Shown here piece after piece: positions 49,829-57,994 of a DNA stretch of 64,000 nt (the stretch's first letter is position 1; each line of letters starts with the position of its first letter). The stretch is from Ilumatobacteraceae bacterium (lineage in GTDB: Bacteria > Actinomycetota > Acidimicrobiia > Acidimicrobiales > Ilumatobacteraceae): NCBI GenBank assembly GCA_049433485.1, contig JBMTEX010000001.1:2688-66687 (forward strand), in the 5' to 3' direction. The notes under the pieces were generated by a model that saw nothing but the letters and a program-made list of their open reading frames with translations, was not told the DNA's origin and made no database searches. A program made the translations under genes and the position numbers.

Positions 49829-50785
49829 CTACTTGATCCACTGAAGCAGATCAACTTGCACTCGAGTGAGTGGTTGTTGAACATCAATCCATTCACCAAT
49901 GCTTGGGCGGGGCCGGCCCCTGGCAACAAACAACATTGACGTATGCATATGCGGAGATTCCAGCATGTTCAAGCGTTGGCGCTGATAGTGAAATGGACTT
50001 CTGCCGTCTGGAAGCGGGAAAACTCCATGTGCAGTTCCACAACCAACAAGAACGATTTCGCCTGGCCCGTCCACCTTTACTTGTCGATATCCAGCGCGTG
50101 AACCAGACTCAATGGGGTGATGGTCAACAACATCTGCAGACAACTGCATCATTGATTTATCGCCGTGCCAGAGTGACGTGCCAAGACGAATACGAAAATC
50201 TACATCAGGATGATCTTGTCTCAATTTGGAATAGAGCTGTGCATTGAGGTGGCTGAGGTAAACGGGCACGTTCTTGTTGAGCAATGGTAACCACGCTTCA
50301 ATTTCTTTGATGTGCTGAAGTGGGTCACCCTCTAGTGGTGGATGAAGTGAAAACCCTCGAAGGCTGATGCGGGCTGCCGCAATGTCTGACAACAACGATT
50401 CCAACGTGTCAGGTGATACGCCGTACCTCATCATTGATGATTGAAGTTTCACAATGACGTCGCCCGTCCAGCCAGCGGTGGACAATGCCACGACGTGATG
50501 AGGTGAACCCACCGTGAGGATGGTGTTGAGCGGAAGATTCTTTGGTGGTGGAGTCAGCGTGGGAGTGAGAACAATGGGGGTGACATTCGGGGGAATGTCG
50601 CGAACCTCAAAAACTGTTCCCACAGCAAGTTCTCGCGATAATTGACCAGCCAGCGGCATGAGATTCCATCTGCGGAAGCCATAGCCGTTCCCCTTGACAA
50701 CTGGAACAAGACCTGGATGTTGCCGAGCAATGCCTTGAACATGAGAGAGCCACTTAGCTTCATGCACCGCGAGTCGAATTGTCAC
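49829..50785 (-). CDS. alanine racemase-fold (fold-type III PLP) protein
   Basis: VVKGNGYGF (PLP-lysine block), SSMMRYG, RLGTSLWHG and HMHTSM resemble Alr blocks. The GTG at 50785 lies 2 nt after the mftF stop. The 135-codon upstream extension in the ORF track overlaps mftF in another frame. Confidence 0.6.
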   Translation of the reverse strand: MTIRLAVHEAKWLSHVQGIARQHPGLVPVVKGNGYGFRRWNLMPLAGQLSRELAVGTVFEVRDIPPNVTPIVLTPTLTPPPKNLPLNTILTVGSPHHVVALSTAGWTGDVIVKLQSSMMRYGVSPDTLESLLSDIAAARISLRGFSLHPPLEGDPLQHIKEIEAWLPLLNKNVPVYLSHLNAQLYSKLRQDHPDVDFRIRLGTSLWHGDKSMMQLSADVVDHHPIESGSRAGYRQVKVDGPGEIVLVGCGTAHGVFPLPDGRSPFHYQRQRLNMLESPHMHTSMLFVARGRPRPSIGEWIDVQQPLTRVQVDLLQWIK

Positions 50786-50787
50786 CC

Positions 50788-52158
50788 CTATGACCGTAGT
50801 CGCAATGGAGACCTTGTAATTGTCGGAATGAGACAACGAAGCGAACGCAAACGTAGGGCACCCCACCACACGCCAGTTCCGTACGCGAGGTTGTCGAAGA
50901 TACGAAGTCCCATGTAACCGAAGATGCGTTCGGGCTTGTGCCGAACCAGCCCGTACACCGCAGGTATGAGAAGGCTGGCAAAAAGGGCGAAACCGGCACT
51001 GAACGAGAACAGAGCGAGGACAAAAAAGATTGGCCACCATGCGCGAGCGATTGCCGATGCGAGAAGTCTGATGGTGGATGCGAGGCCCTGCGTGGTGATA
51101 CGGGCTCGTTGATTCAGCGACAGCCCAGAACGACGAAGAGTGAGGAGGTACCACAGGTGAACAAGTGGCAAGAGTGGGAGAAAGACCCACACGTAGCCAA
51201 ACAAGAGCGCAATGGCCGGAAGCAACAGCACAATGTTTGCTCGAAGTGGAGAAACATATGAACGATGGGATGCGCTTAACGCAGCAGCACTTGAGCCGTA
51301 CCCGAATCGTTGTTTCAGTAATTCGCGCACCGTCATACGAGTTTCATGTGTGCAGGTCAGTGTGGGTTCGTATCGGCAGATGTGACCAGCATCTGTCATG
51401 CGCCATACGAAATCAACGTCTTCTCCCATGCGCATGTTGTCTGTGAATCCGCCGATGTGTCGAACTACATCAGTGCGACAGACGAGCGCCGCGGCCGGAA
51501 CATAAGGCACACGAGAAAATGGTCGGATGAGCGCAGGGTCGTTTCCTAAATCGAGAGGCGAGTGGTGCGCGTCGTATTCACCAGTGAGTCGACCATTGTC
51601 GGAACTAACGATGCGTGGTGCAACAAGTGAGACGCGTTCGTCATTCATTTGAGCTGCAAGTTGTCGTAGGCATTCAGATGTGATCTGCACGTCGTCATCC
51701 ACAAAGGCCACAAAAGGAGTAGTGACATGCTGTAATCCAGTGTTTCTTGCAACGCCAGGACCTTGATTGGAGTCGTGGCGAATCACTGTGGCACCACTAA
51801 TGCTGAAAGGCTCAGGTGAAGCATCATCTACAACGATGACGGTGAGTCCAATCAGTGACTGCACTAAGTGAACCAATCGATCAAGATCGCGGCTTTCCCG
51901 AAGAAATGTCGGAATGACCACGGTGATGTCAGTTGCAGGAACTGGCATATGCCACAGGGGGTGCGCGGCTCCCGTGGCAACAAGACGGCTGGTAAGAGCC
52001 TCATGCCCGTCGGGCAACAAGTCGTTATTTTGCACCAATGTCAAAATGTCTGCACCTTTTTCTGACACTTTGAAGAACGTCAACGGCGACCCAGCGATGA
52101 GAGATAACCCGTCTGTGGAGCGATTCCACTGAACGTCTGGTCGTAGGCGAATTGTCAT
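50788..52158 (-). CDS. mftF: mycofactocin-associated glycosyltransferase MftF (GT2 with C-terminal membrane domain)
   Basis: GT2 blocks VVIPTFLRE ... VIVVDDASPEP ... AFVDDDV, then a multi-TM C-terminus. It sits directly after mftE with an ATGA overlap (ATG 52158). Confidence 0.8.
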   Translation of the reverse strand: MTIRLRPDVQWNRSTDGLSLIAGSPLTFFKVSEKGADILTLVQNNDLLPDGHEALTSRLVATGAAHPLWHMPVPATDITVVIPTFLRESRDLDRLVHLVQSLIGLTVIVVDDASPEPFSISGATVIRHDSNQGPGVARNTGLQHVTTPFVAFVDDDVQITSECLRQLAAQMNDERVSLVAPRIVSSDNGRLTGEYDAHHSPLDLGNDPALIRPFSRVPYVPAAALVCRTDVVRHIGGFTDNMRMGEDVDFVWRMTDAGHICRYEPTLTCTHETRMTVRELLKQRFGYGSSAAALSASHRSYVSPLRANIVLLLPAIALLFGYVWVFLPLLPLVHLWYLLTLRRSGLSLNQRARITTQGLASTIRLLASAIARAWWPIFFVLALFSFSAGFALFASLLIPAVYGLVRHKPERIFGYMGLRIFDNLAYGTGVWWGALRLRSLRCLIPTITRSPLRLRS

Positions 52159-52859
52159 GTTGGAGAATGTAACCACTCAGCAGCACAAGACTGCAAACGT
52201 TGTACAAGGGAATGGACATAGAGATGAAGAACTGTTTCTCCGTGTCGAGCAGTTGCAGTGCTGGGGTCTCCAAGGACACCCGATGGCGAAACACCTTTCA
52301 CGCCCACATGACGAAGGTCATCAATGGTGGCGGCCGATGCTTGAACTGAACTAATCAGATCTGTTCGCACAGAGTGTGGGGCAATGTGCAGCATCAGAGA
52401 TGTTTCGGTATGGCCCGCATGCATGTCGCCACCGGCATATGACGGCAGCGTCCACACTGAGTGTGTGATGTGTTCATAGTCCAACGCAGAAGTGATCATC
52501 TGCAATCCGTCGTAGTTGCCACCATGCCCGTTAACAAGCAAGACGCCTGCAGACCAGGACGCCGCCGACCTGCAGATTGACACCACCGAAGCAGATAACG
52601 CATCTGTACCTGTGCTGAGTCCGCCCACAAATCCATCGTGTTCGTCGCTGGCAGTAATGGGTAATAGTGGGGCGCGCAGAAAGTCTTCGGTGTTGATATC
52701 AGGATGATTGAACGCATCATCAACAACTCGAGAAACAATCACGCTGTCTGTGTCCAACGGGAGATGTGGCCCATGTTGCTCCCATGAACCAAGTGCTAAG
52801 ACGAGAATCTTCTTTCCATGTGGAATCTCAATGGACGTTGGTGTCCGATTGTTAATCAT
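52155..52859 (-). CDS. mftE: mycofactocin peptidase MftE (creatininase family)
   Basis: LGSWEQHGPHLPLDTD, LLVNGHGGN and MHAGHTETS creatininase metal-site motifs. ATG 52859 overlaps the dedA stop by 8 nt. Confidence 0.8.
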   Translation of the reverse strand: MINNRTPTSIEIPHGKKILVLALGSWEQHGPHLPLDTDSVIVSRVVDDAFNHPDINTEDFLRAPLLPITASDEHDGFVGGLSTGTDALSASVVSICRSAASWSAGVLLVNGHGGNYDGLQMITSALDYEHITHSVWTLPSYAGGDMHAGHTETSLMLHIAPHSVRTDLISSVQASAATIDDLRHVGVKGVSPSGVLGDPSTATARHGETVLHLYVHSLVQRLQSCAAEWLHSPT

Positions 52860-53475
52860 GGTGCGATGGCGACTTTTTCCCGCGAACGTAACGAATGATT
52901 TCAAGAATAATGGTGGCACCTATTGCCAGTGAGAATGCAACCAAGAATGCCTTGGTGTGATTGTCTTCAAATGTGCGTCCACCAATGAAGCCAAGCATGG
53001 TGGCGTACGTTGCCCAAATGGCTGCTGCAATTGCAGACCACTTCATAAACCATTTCGTTGATTGTCCAGTGATACCGCATGTGAGTGTGACGATGGTGCG
53101 ACCACCAGGCACAAAACGCGCGGTAATGAGAAGTTCGCCACCGCGGGTTTCAATTTGTTTATGCGCCCACTGCAAGCGTTGTCGACCCTTGTTGCTCTTG
53201 TTGTATCTACGTTGTAGTCGTTCCGAAAAGAACACTCCAATGTGGTAGCTGAAGTTGTCACCAGCAAATGCGCCAAGACCTGCAAAAAGAATGACGAGCG
53301 ACCAATGAAGTTCATGTAGTCCGGCCGCGACGCCACCAATGATGACCATTGTTTCGCTTGGAACGATGGGAAAGAATGAATCGAGAAATGCGATAGACAA
53401 CAGCACTACATAGAACCATGGTGAGCTGGAGTAGTCCTTCAGCCAATCAAATGCGGAATTGACAAAATCCAGCAT
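52852..53475 (-). CDS. DedA family (VTT/SNARE-associated domain) membrane protein
   Basis: FLDSFFPIVPSETMVIIGG and ITARFVPGGRT blocks are typical of DedA. ATG 53475. Confidence 0.75.
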   Translation of the reverse strand: MLDFVNSAFDWLKDYSSSPWFYVVLLSIAFLDSFFPIVPSETMVIIGGVAAGLHELHWSLVILFAGLGAFAGDNFSYHIGVFFSERLQRRYNKSNKGRQRLQWAHKQIETRGGELLITARFVPGGRTIVTLTCGITGQSTKWFMKWSAIAAAIWATYATMLGFIGGRTFEDNHTKAFLVAFSLAIGATIILEIIRYVRGKKSPSHHD

Positions 53476-53479
53476 GTGG

Positions 53480-54070
53480 TTAGTGGGCGCTACCAGTGAC
53501 TGGTGGTTCGCTTCCGCTGAGAAGTCGTTTGATATTCGAGAGGTGGCGAATCTCAATGAGTAAGCCCAGCCCAACAAATGCGAGCACTTCCCATGCGGGC
53601 TTGTCGGTGATGATCAACAACACAACAACTAGCGGGACGATAGCGATGGAGGCAATGGACGCCTTCTTCGACAACATCATGATGGCAACCCAACTCACTG
53701 CAGCAATGATCATGATGACGGGGTGCAAAGCAAGTAGAACTCCGCCGCCAGTAGCGATTCCTTTGCCACCTTTAAAACTACGAGTGACAGGGAAGATATG
53801 ACCAACGATTGCCATCGCGCCGCAGATATATGCACTGGGGCGGTGGCCAATCAGCAGGAGAGTAGGGATAGCGCCTTTGGCGGCATCAAGAACGAACACC
53901 AGCGAGCCATATTTCCAGCCAAGTGCTCGTGCAACATTGCTGGCACCTGGATTACCAGACCCAAATGAGGTGATGTCCACACCTTTTGCACGAGCGATGA
54001 CAATTGCGCTTGGCAACATGCCGAGTATGTATGCGCCGACGATTCCCAGAACAAGATTCAGAACGTTCAC
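53480..54070 (-). CDS. plsY: glycerol-3-phosphate acyltransferase PlsY
   Basis: GSGNPGASNVARALG, LDAAKGAIP and HIFPVTRSFKGGKGIATGGG motifs. The GTG at 54070 shares GTGA with the mftC stop. Confidence 0.8.
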   Translation of the reverse strand: MNVLNLVLGIVGAYILGMLPSAIVIARAKGVDITSFGSGNPGASNVARALGWKYGSLVFVLDAAKGAIPTLLLIGHRPSAYICGAMAIVGHIFPVTRSFKGGKGIATGGGVLLALHPVIMIIAAVSWVAIMMLSKKASIASIAIVPLVVVLLIITDKPAWEVLAFVGLGLLIEIRHLSNIKRLLSGSEPPVTGSAH

Positions 54071-55182
54071 GCGTTGACCTTCTTGCGTGCTGGCTTTGAG
54101 TGGTCCATTGATGGGCGAGGAAGAATGGCAACGGGCGTAGATGCCAAATATTCTTCGCCATCTCCGCCAACGCATTCGGGGTCTGGGCCATCTAGTGGGA
54201 TGCCCGTGAAGAATTTCGCCGCCATGCATCCGCCTTGGCATGCATCAAACGAGCCACATGATGCGCATGCGCCAGCGCTTTGTGGTTCGCGAAGTTCAGT
54301 GAACAGAGCAGACTCTCGCCACACTTTTGTGAAACCACCGTTGTCGAGAACCGACCCGGCCTTGAACTGATCGTGAATGACGAATGGGCAGGCGTACACA
54401 TCACCAAGTGGATCAATGAGACATACCACGCGCCCTGCTCCACACATGTTGAGGCCAGGCAATGATTCCCCGAATGCATTTAGATGGAAGAAAGAATCTC
54501 CCGTGAGTACGTTCTCACCGTGTGCCAACAACCAGTCGTAAATCTGTCGTTGTTGTGCATTGGTGGGGTGTAGTTCATTCCATGTGTCTGCACCGCGACC
54601 TGCAGGTCGCAAACGCGTGATGCGAAGTTGTGCACCATATGAATCCGCAAGGGCTTTGAAATCGTCTAGTTGATCAACGTTGTGTCGTGTAACAACAACG
54701 GAAATCTTGAATTGACCAAATCCAGCATCACGCAAGTTCTCCATAGCGCGAATAGCGGTGTCGTACGAGCCGGCGCCACGCACTGCATCGTTCACTTCTG
54801 CCGTGGTGCCGTCCAAGCTGAGTTGAATGTCGAGATAATCCAATGCTGCGAGTCGCTCGGCATTCTTCTTGTCAATGAACGCACCATTTGTTGAGAACTT
54901 CACGCCGATTCCATTTGCAATGGAATGTTCCAGAATCTCAAAGAAGTCGCGACGAACCATTGGCTCACCGCCACCGATGTTGATGTAGAAGACTTGTAAA
55001 TCTCGCAACTCGTCGAGGACAGCTTTTGCTTGTTCCGTGGAAAGTTCTCGCGGGTCTCGCTGACCGCTACTAGACAAACAGTGGACGCACTCGAGGTTGC
55101 ATGCGTATGTCAGTTCCCATGTGAGACAGATGGGCGCATCGAGGCCCGACTTCATTTGTTGAACAAGTGATTCAGCGGACAC
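54067..55182 (-). CDS. mftC: mycofactocin radical SAM maturase MftC (SPASM domain)
   Basis: GLDAPICLTWELTYACNLECVHCLSSSG is almost identical to mycobacterial MftC. C-terminal Cys-rich SPASM region (CGAGRVVC ... CPF ... CASCGSFDACQGGC). Confidence 0.92.
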   Translation of the reverse strand: MSAESLVQQMKSGLDAPICLTWELTYACNLECVHCLSSSGQRDPRELSTEQAKAVLDELRDLQVFYINIGGGEPMVRRDFFEILEHSIANGIGVKFSTNGAFIDKKNAERLAALDYLDIQLSLDGTTAEVNDAVRGAGSYDTAIRAMENLRDAGFGQFKISVVVTRHNVDQLDDFKALADSYGAQLRITRLRPAGRGADTWNELHPTNAQQRQIYDWLLAHGENVLTGDSFFHLNAFGESLPGLNMCGAGRVVCLIDPLGDVYACPFVIHDQFKAGSVLDNGGFTKVWRESALFTELREPQSAGACASCGSFDACQGGCMAAKFFTGIPLDGPDPECVGGDGEEYLASTPVAILPRPSMDHSKPARKKVNA

Positions 55183-55438
55183 GAACTATCTCCGAGCTGG
55201 TAAGCGATGAAATTGCCTTCACAAAGGCGGGCCACCGAGACTCCTCAACACCTTCTGCCACGAGAGCATCGCGCAGGCTTGGGTGAGAGGCCATTGATCG
55301 CACAACGCGAACAATGTCTGGGTGGCGAAGAAACACCAATCGACGGTTGCCGTAGTGATAGGCAAGCGCACCGAATGGTTCTGGCCGCAGTGCGACCTGG
55401 GGGTGCATCTCGCACGCCGACTCAAGGGTGAGTGTCAT
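55172..55438 (-). CDS. mftB: mycofactocin precursor chaperone MftB (PqqD/RRE family)
   Basis: The HPQVALRPEPFGALAYHYGNRRLVFL block matches MftB. ATG 55438 preferred over TTG 55486, which lies inside mftA. Confidence 0.8.
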   Translation of the reverse strand: MTLTLESACEMHPQVALRPEPFGALAYHYGNRRLVFLRHPDIVRVVRSMASHPSLRDALVAEGVEESRWPAFVKAISSLTSSEIVRVR

Positions 55439-55460
55439 AGGGGCGTGTGAGAGAGACGGA

Positions 55461-55580
55461 TCAGTAGACGCCGCACATGCCGTCAATGGAGATTTCCTCT
55501 ACGAGAAGCTCTTCCGTGACGACTGCTTCGGTGGTGTCTGTCTGGCTGTCGGCGATGTCCTGGATGTTGTCTTGTTCCAT
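55461..55580 (-). CDS. mftA: mycofactocin precursor peptide MftA
   Basis: 39 aa: MEQDNIQDIADSQTDTTEAVVTEELLVEEISIDGMCGVY. It has the invariant C-terminal IDGMCGVY and an acidic leader. It is hidden inside the 75-aa ORF 55461..55688. Confidence 0.9.
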   Translation of the reverse strand: MEQDNIQDIADSQTDTTEAVVTEELLVEEISIDGMCGVY

Positions 55581-55687
55581 ATATACGACAGTACCCGCCA
55601 CGAGCCCCACTAGAGAAGGTTGGCGCAAGATGGGTAATGTCGGAGACATCCACCGGGTCGTCTGGTGGCCAACTAAAGGGGACTTCA

Positions 55688-56803
55688 ATGAAGACCAAGG
55701 CAGCCGTTCTCTGGGAAGTTAATGCTCCATGGAGTGTGGAGGAGATTGAACTCGACGCACCAGGCCCAGGCGAGGTTCTTGTAAAGATCGCCGCATCTGG
55801 AATGTGCCACTCAGACGAGCACCTCACCACAGGCGACCTTCCATTCGCACTCCCAATTGTTGGTGGTCACGAAGGTGCTGGCGTTGTTGAGCAGGTAGGT
55901 GAAGGTGTTAGCTGGCTTGCGCCTGGCGACCATGTTGTTTTTGGCTTCATCCCATCGTGCGGACGTTGCCCCAGCTGTTCCACCGGACACCAGAACTTGT
56001 GTGACCTCGGCGCTTTGATGGGTCTCGGAATGCAAATTTCAGACGGCACATCACGTCACCATGCACAAGGCAAAGATCTCACCTTGATGTGCATGTTGGG
56101 AACGTTTGCTCACCACACAGTGGTGAATGAGGCATCCTGCATCAAGATTGAAAAAGACGTTCCACTCGACAAGGCATGTTTGCTTGGTTGTGGCGTTGTC
56201 ACCGGATGGGGTTCGGCTGTGTATGCCGCAGACGTGGCTCCTGGCGACACCGTTGTTGTCGTGGGCGTTGGCGGTATCGGTGCAAATGCAATTCAAGGTG
56301 CAAAGTTGGCTGGCGCGAAGCGCATTGTTGCTGTCGACCCCATTGAGTTCAAGCGCGAAAAGGCGATGGAATTTGGTGCAACACACACTGCATCATCAAT
56401 GGCCGAAGCCTTGCCGCTTCTGCAAGACATCACATGGGGAACTATGGCGAACAAAGTCATCATGACCATGGGTGTTGGCGATGGTCAGGTCATGGGTGAG
56501 GCAATGGCACTTGCTGCAAAGCGCGGCCGTGTTGTTGTCACCAATATTCACCCAGCTTTTGAAACTGGTGGAGCAAACATGAGTCTTCTCGATCTCACAT
56601 TGATGGAGAAGCAAGTTGTTGGTTCATTGTTTGGTTCGGGTAACCCACGCGCAGACATTCCAAAACTTCTTGGTCTGTATCGCGAAGGTCAACTCGATCT
56701 TGATGGTCTTGTCACAAAGACATACCCGCTTGAAGGTATCAACGAGGGTTACCAAGACATGCGCGACGGCAAGAACATCCGTGGCGTTTTGGTCTACGAA
56801 TAA
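55688..56803 (+). CDS. Zn-dependent alcohol dehydrogenase, NDMA-dependent / nicotinoprotein-like (mycofactocin-associated type), paralog 1
   Basis: MKTKAAVLWE, GMCHSDEH, GGHEGAG and VVGVGGIGANAIQGA motifs. SD AAGGGGA lies upstream. Divergent from mftA. Confidence 0.85.
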   Translation: MKTKAAVLWEVNAPWSVEEIELDAPGPGEVLVKIAASGMCHSDEHLTTGDLPFALPIVGGHEGAGVVEQVGEGVSWLAPGDHVVFGFIPSCGRCPSCSTGHQNLCDLGALMGLGMQISDGTSRHHAQGKDLTLMCMLGTFAHHTVVNEASCIKIEKDVPLDKACLLGCGVVTGWGSAVYAADVAPGDTVVVVGVGGIGANAIQGAKLAGAKRIVAVDPIEFKREKAMEFGATHTASSMAEALPLLQDITWGTMANKVIMTMGVGDGQVMGEAMALAAKRGRVVVTNIHPAFETGGANMSLLDLTLMEKQVVGSLFGSGNPRADIPKLLGLYREGQLDLDGLVTKTYPLEGINEGYQDMRDGKNIRGVLVYE

Positions 56804-56842
56804 TCTCAACTCATAATAAGAAATTTCTCAGAGGGGGAAGAA

Positions 56843-57994
56843 ATGAAATCACGAGCAGCAGTTCTCTACGGGCTTGATCAACCTTGGGTTGTAGAAGAAA
56901 TTGAAGTTGATGAGCCCAAAGCCAATGAAGTATTGGTGAATTGGAAAGTGGCAGGCATGTGCCACTCAGACGAACACTTCGTGACTGGCGACATGGTTCC
57001 ACCAAAGGAATTGCTCGCCATGATGGGTGTTGACGATTTCTTCCCATTCATTGGCGGCCACGAAGGTGCTGGAGTTGTTGTGAAGTGCGGCCCCGGTGTT
57101 ACTTCATTGCAGCCCGGTGATCACGTGTCGGCAAGTTTTGTTCCATCATGTGGACGGTGCCGTTATTGCTCAACAGGTCGACAGAACTTGTGCAACATGG
57201 GCGCAGGAACTCTCACTGGTGGCATGATCACAGACGGCACGCACCGTCATCATGTGAAAGATGGTCGCCCTGTCAAGTTGATGGCAAAACTCGGAACATT
57301 CTCCGAGTACGCGACAGTTGCCGAGGCATCACTCATCAAGGTGGAGAAAGATCTTCCACTTGATTGCGTGGCACTTGTGTCATGTGGAGTTGCTACTGGT
57401 TGGGGTTCTGCAACAAATCGCGCAGATACACAACCTGGCGACACCGTTGTGGTTGTTGGCATTGGTGGCATCGGTATTAATGCAGTGCAAGGTGCCCGCA
57501 TGGCCGGTGCAAAGCGCATCATTGCAATTGATCCTGTTGAGTTCAAGCGCGAAAAGGCAATGGAAATGGGTGCAACGCACACGTTCTCATCTATGGCTGA
57601 AGCTATTCCTCACATCAATGAACTCACGTGGGGAGAAATGGCAGATCGCGTCATTATGACCCCTGGCGTTCTGCATGGAGACATGATGGGCGAAGGCATG
57701 GCCATGGTAGGTAAAGGTGGCACATGTGTTGTCACTGCAATTTCGCCAATGCATGAAACATCTGCAGACATCAACTTGTTCCAACTTGCAATGTGGAACA
57801 AGGAAGTAAAGGGAACAATCTTTGGCAGCTTGAACCCACGTGCAGATATTCCACGCTTGTTGGACATGTATCGCGTAGGTGATTTGAAGTTGGATGAACT
57901 CATTACACGTCGGTACACATTGGATGAAATCAACGAGGGTTATCAGGCCATGCGCGATGGTTTGAATATTCGCGGCGTCATTGTTAATGACTGA
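56843..57994 (+). CDS. Zn-dependent alcohol dehydrogenase, same subfamily, paralog 2
   Basis: Alignable end to end with paralog 1 (GMCHSDEH, GGHEGAG, VVGIGGIGINAVQGA, DPVEFKREKAMEMGATHT). A 22-nt identical DNA block occurs at 56343-56364 and 57537-57558. Confidence 0.85.
   Translation: MKSRAAVLYGLDQPWVVEEIEVDEPKANEVLVNWKVAGMCHSDEHFVTGDMVPPKELLAMMGVDDFFPFIGGHEGAGVVVKCGPGVTSLQPGDHVSASFVPSCGRCRYCSTGRQNLCNMGAGTLTGGMITDGTHRHHVKDGRPVKLMAKLGTFSEYATVAEASLIKVEKDLPLDCVALVSCGVATGWGSATNRADTQPGDTVVVVGIGGIGINAVQGARMAGAKRIIAIDPVEFKREKAMEMGATHTFSSMAEAIPHINELTWGEMADRVIMTPGVLHGDMMGEGMAMVGKGGTCVVTAISPMHETSADINLFQLAMWNKEVKGTIFGSLNPRADIPRLLDMYRVGDLKLDELITRRYTLDEINEGYQAMRDGLNIRGVIVND

Noticed and set aside
50786-51190. 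135-codon N-terminal extension of ORF 49829..51190
   Set aside because: It overlaps the 3' membrane domain of mftF in another frame and has an Arg/Pro-rich nonsense-like translation. The GTG at 50785, immediately after the mftF stop, gives an Alr-sized N-terminus.
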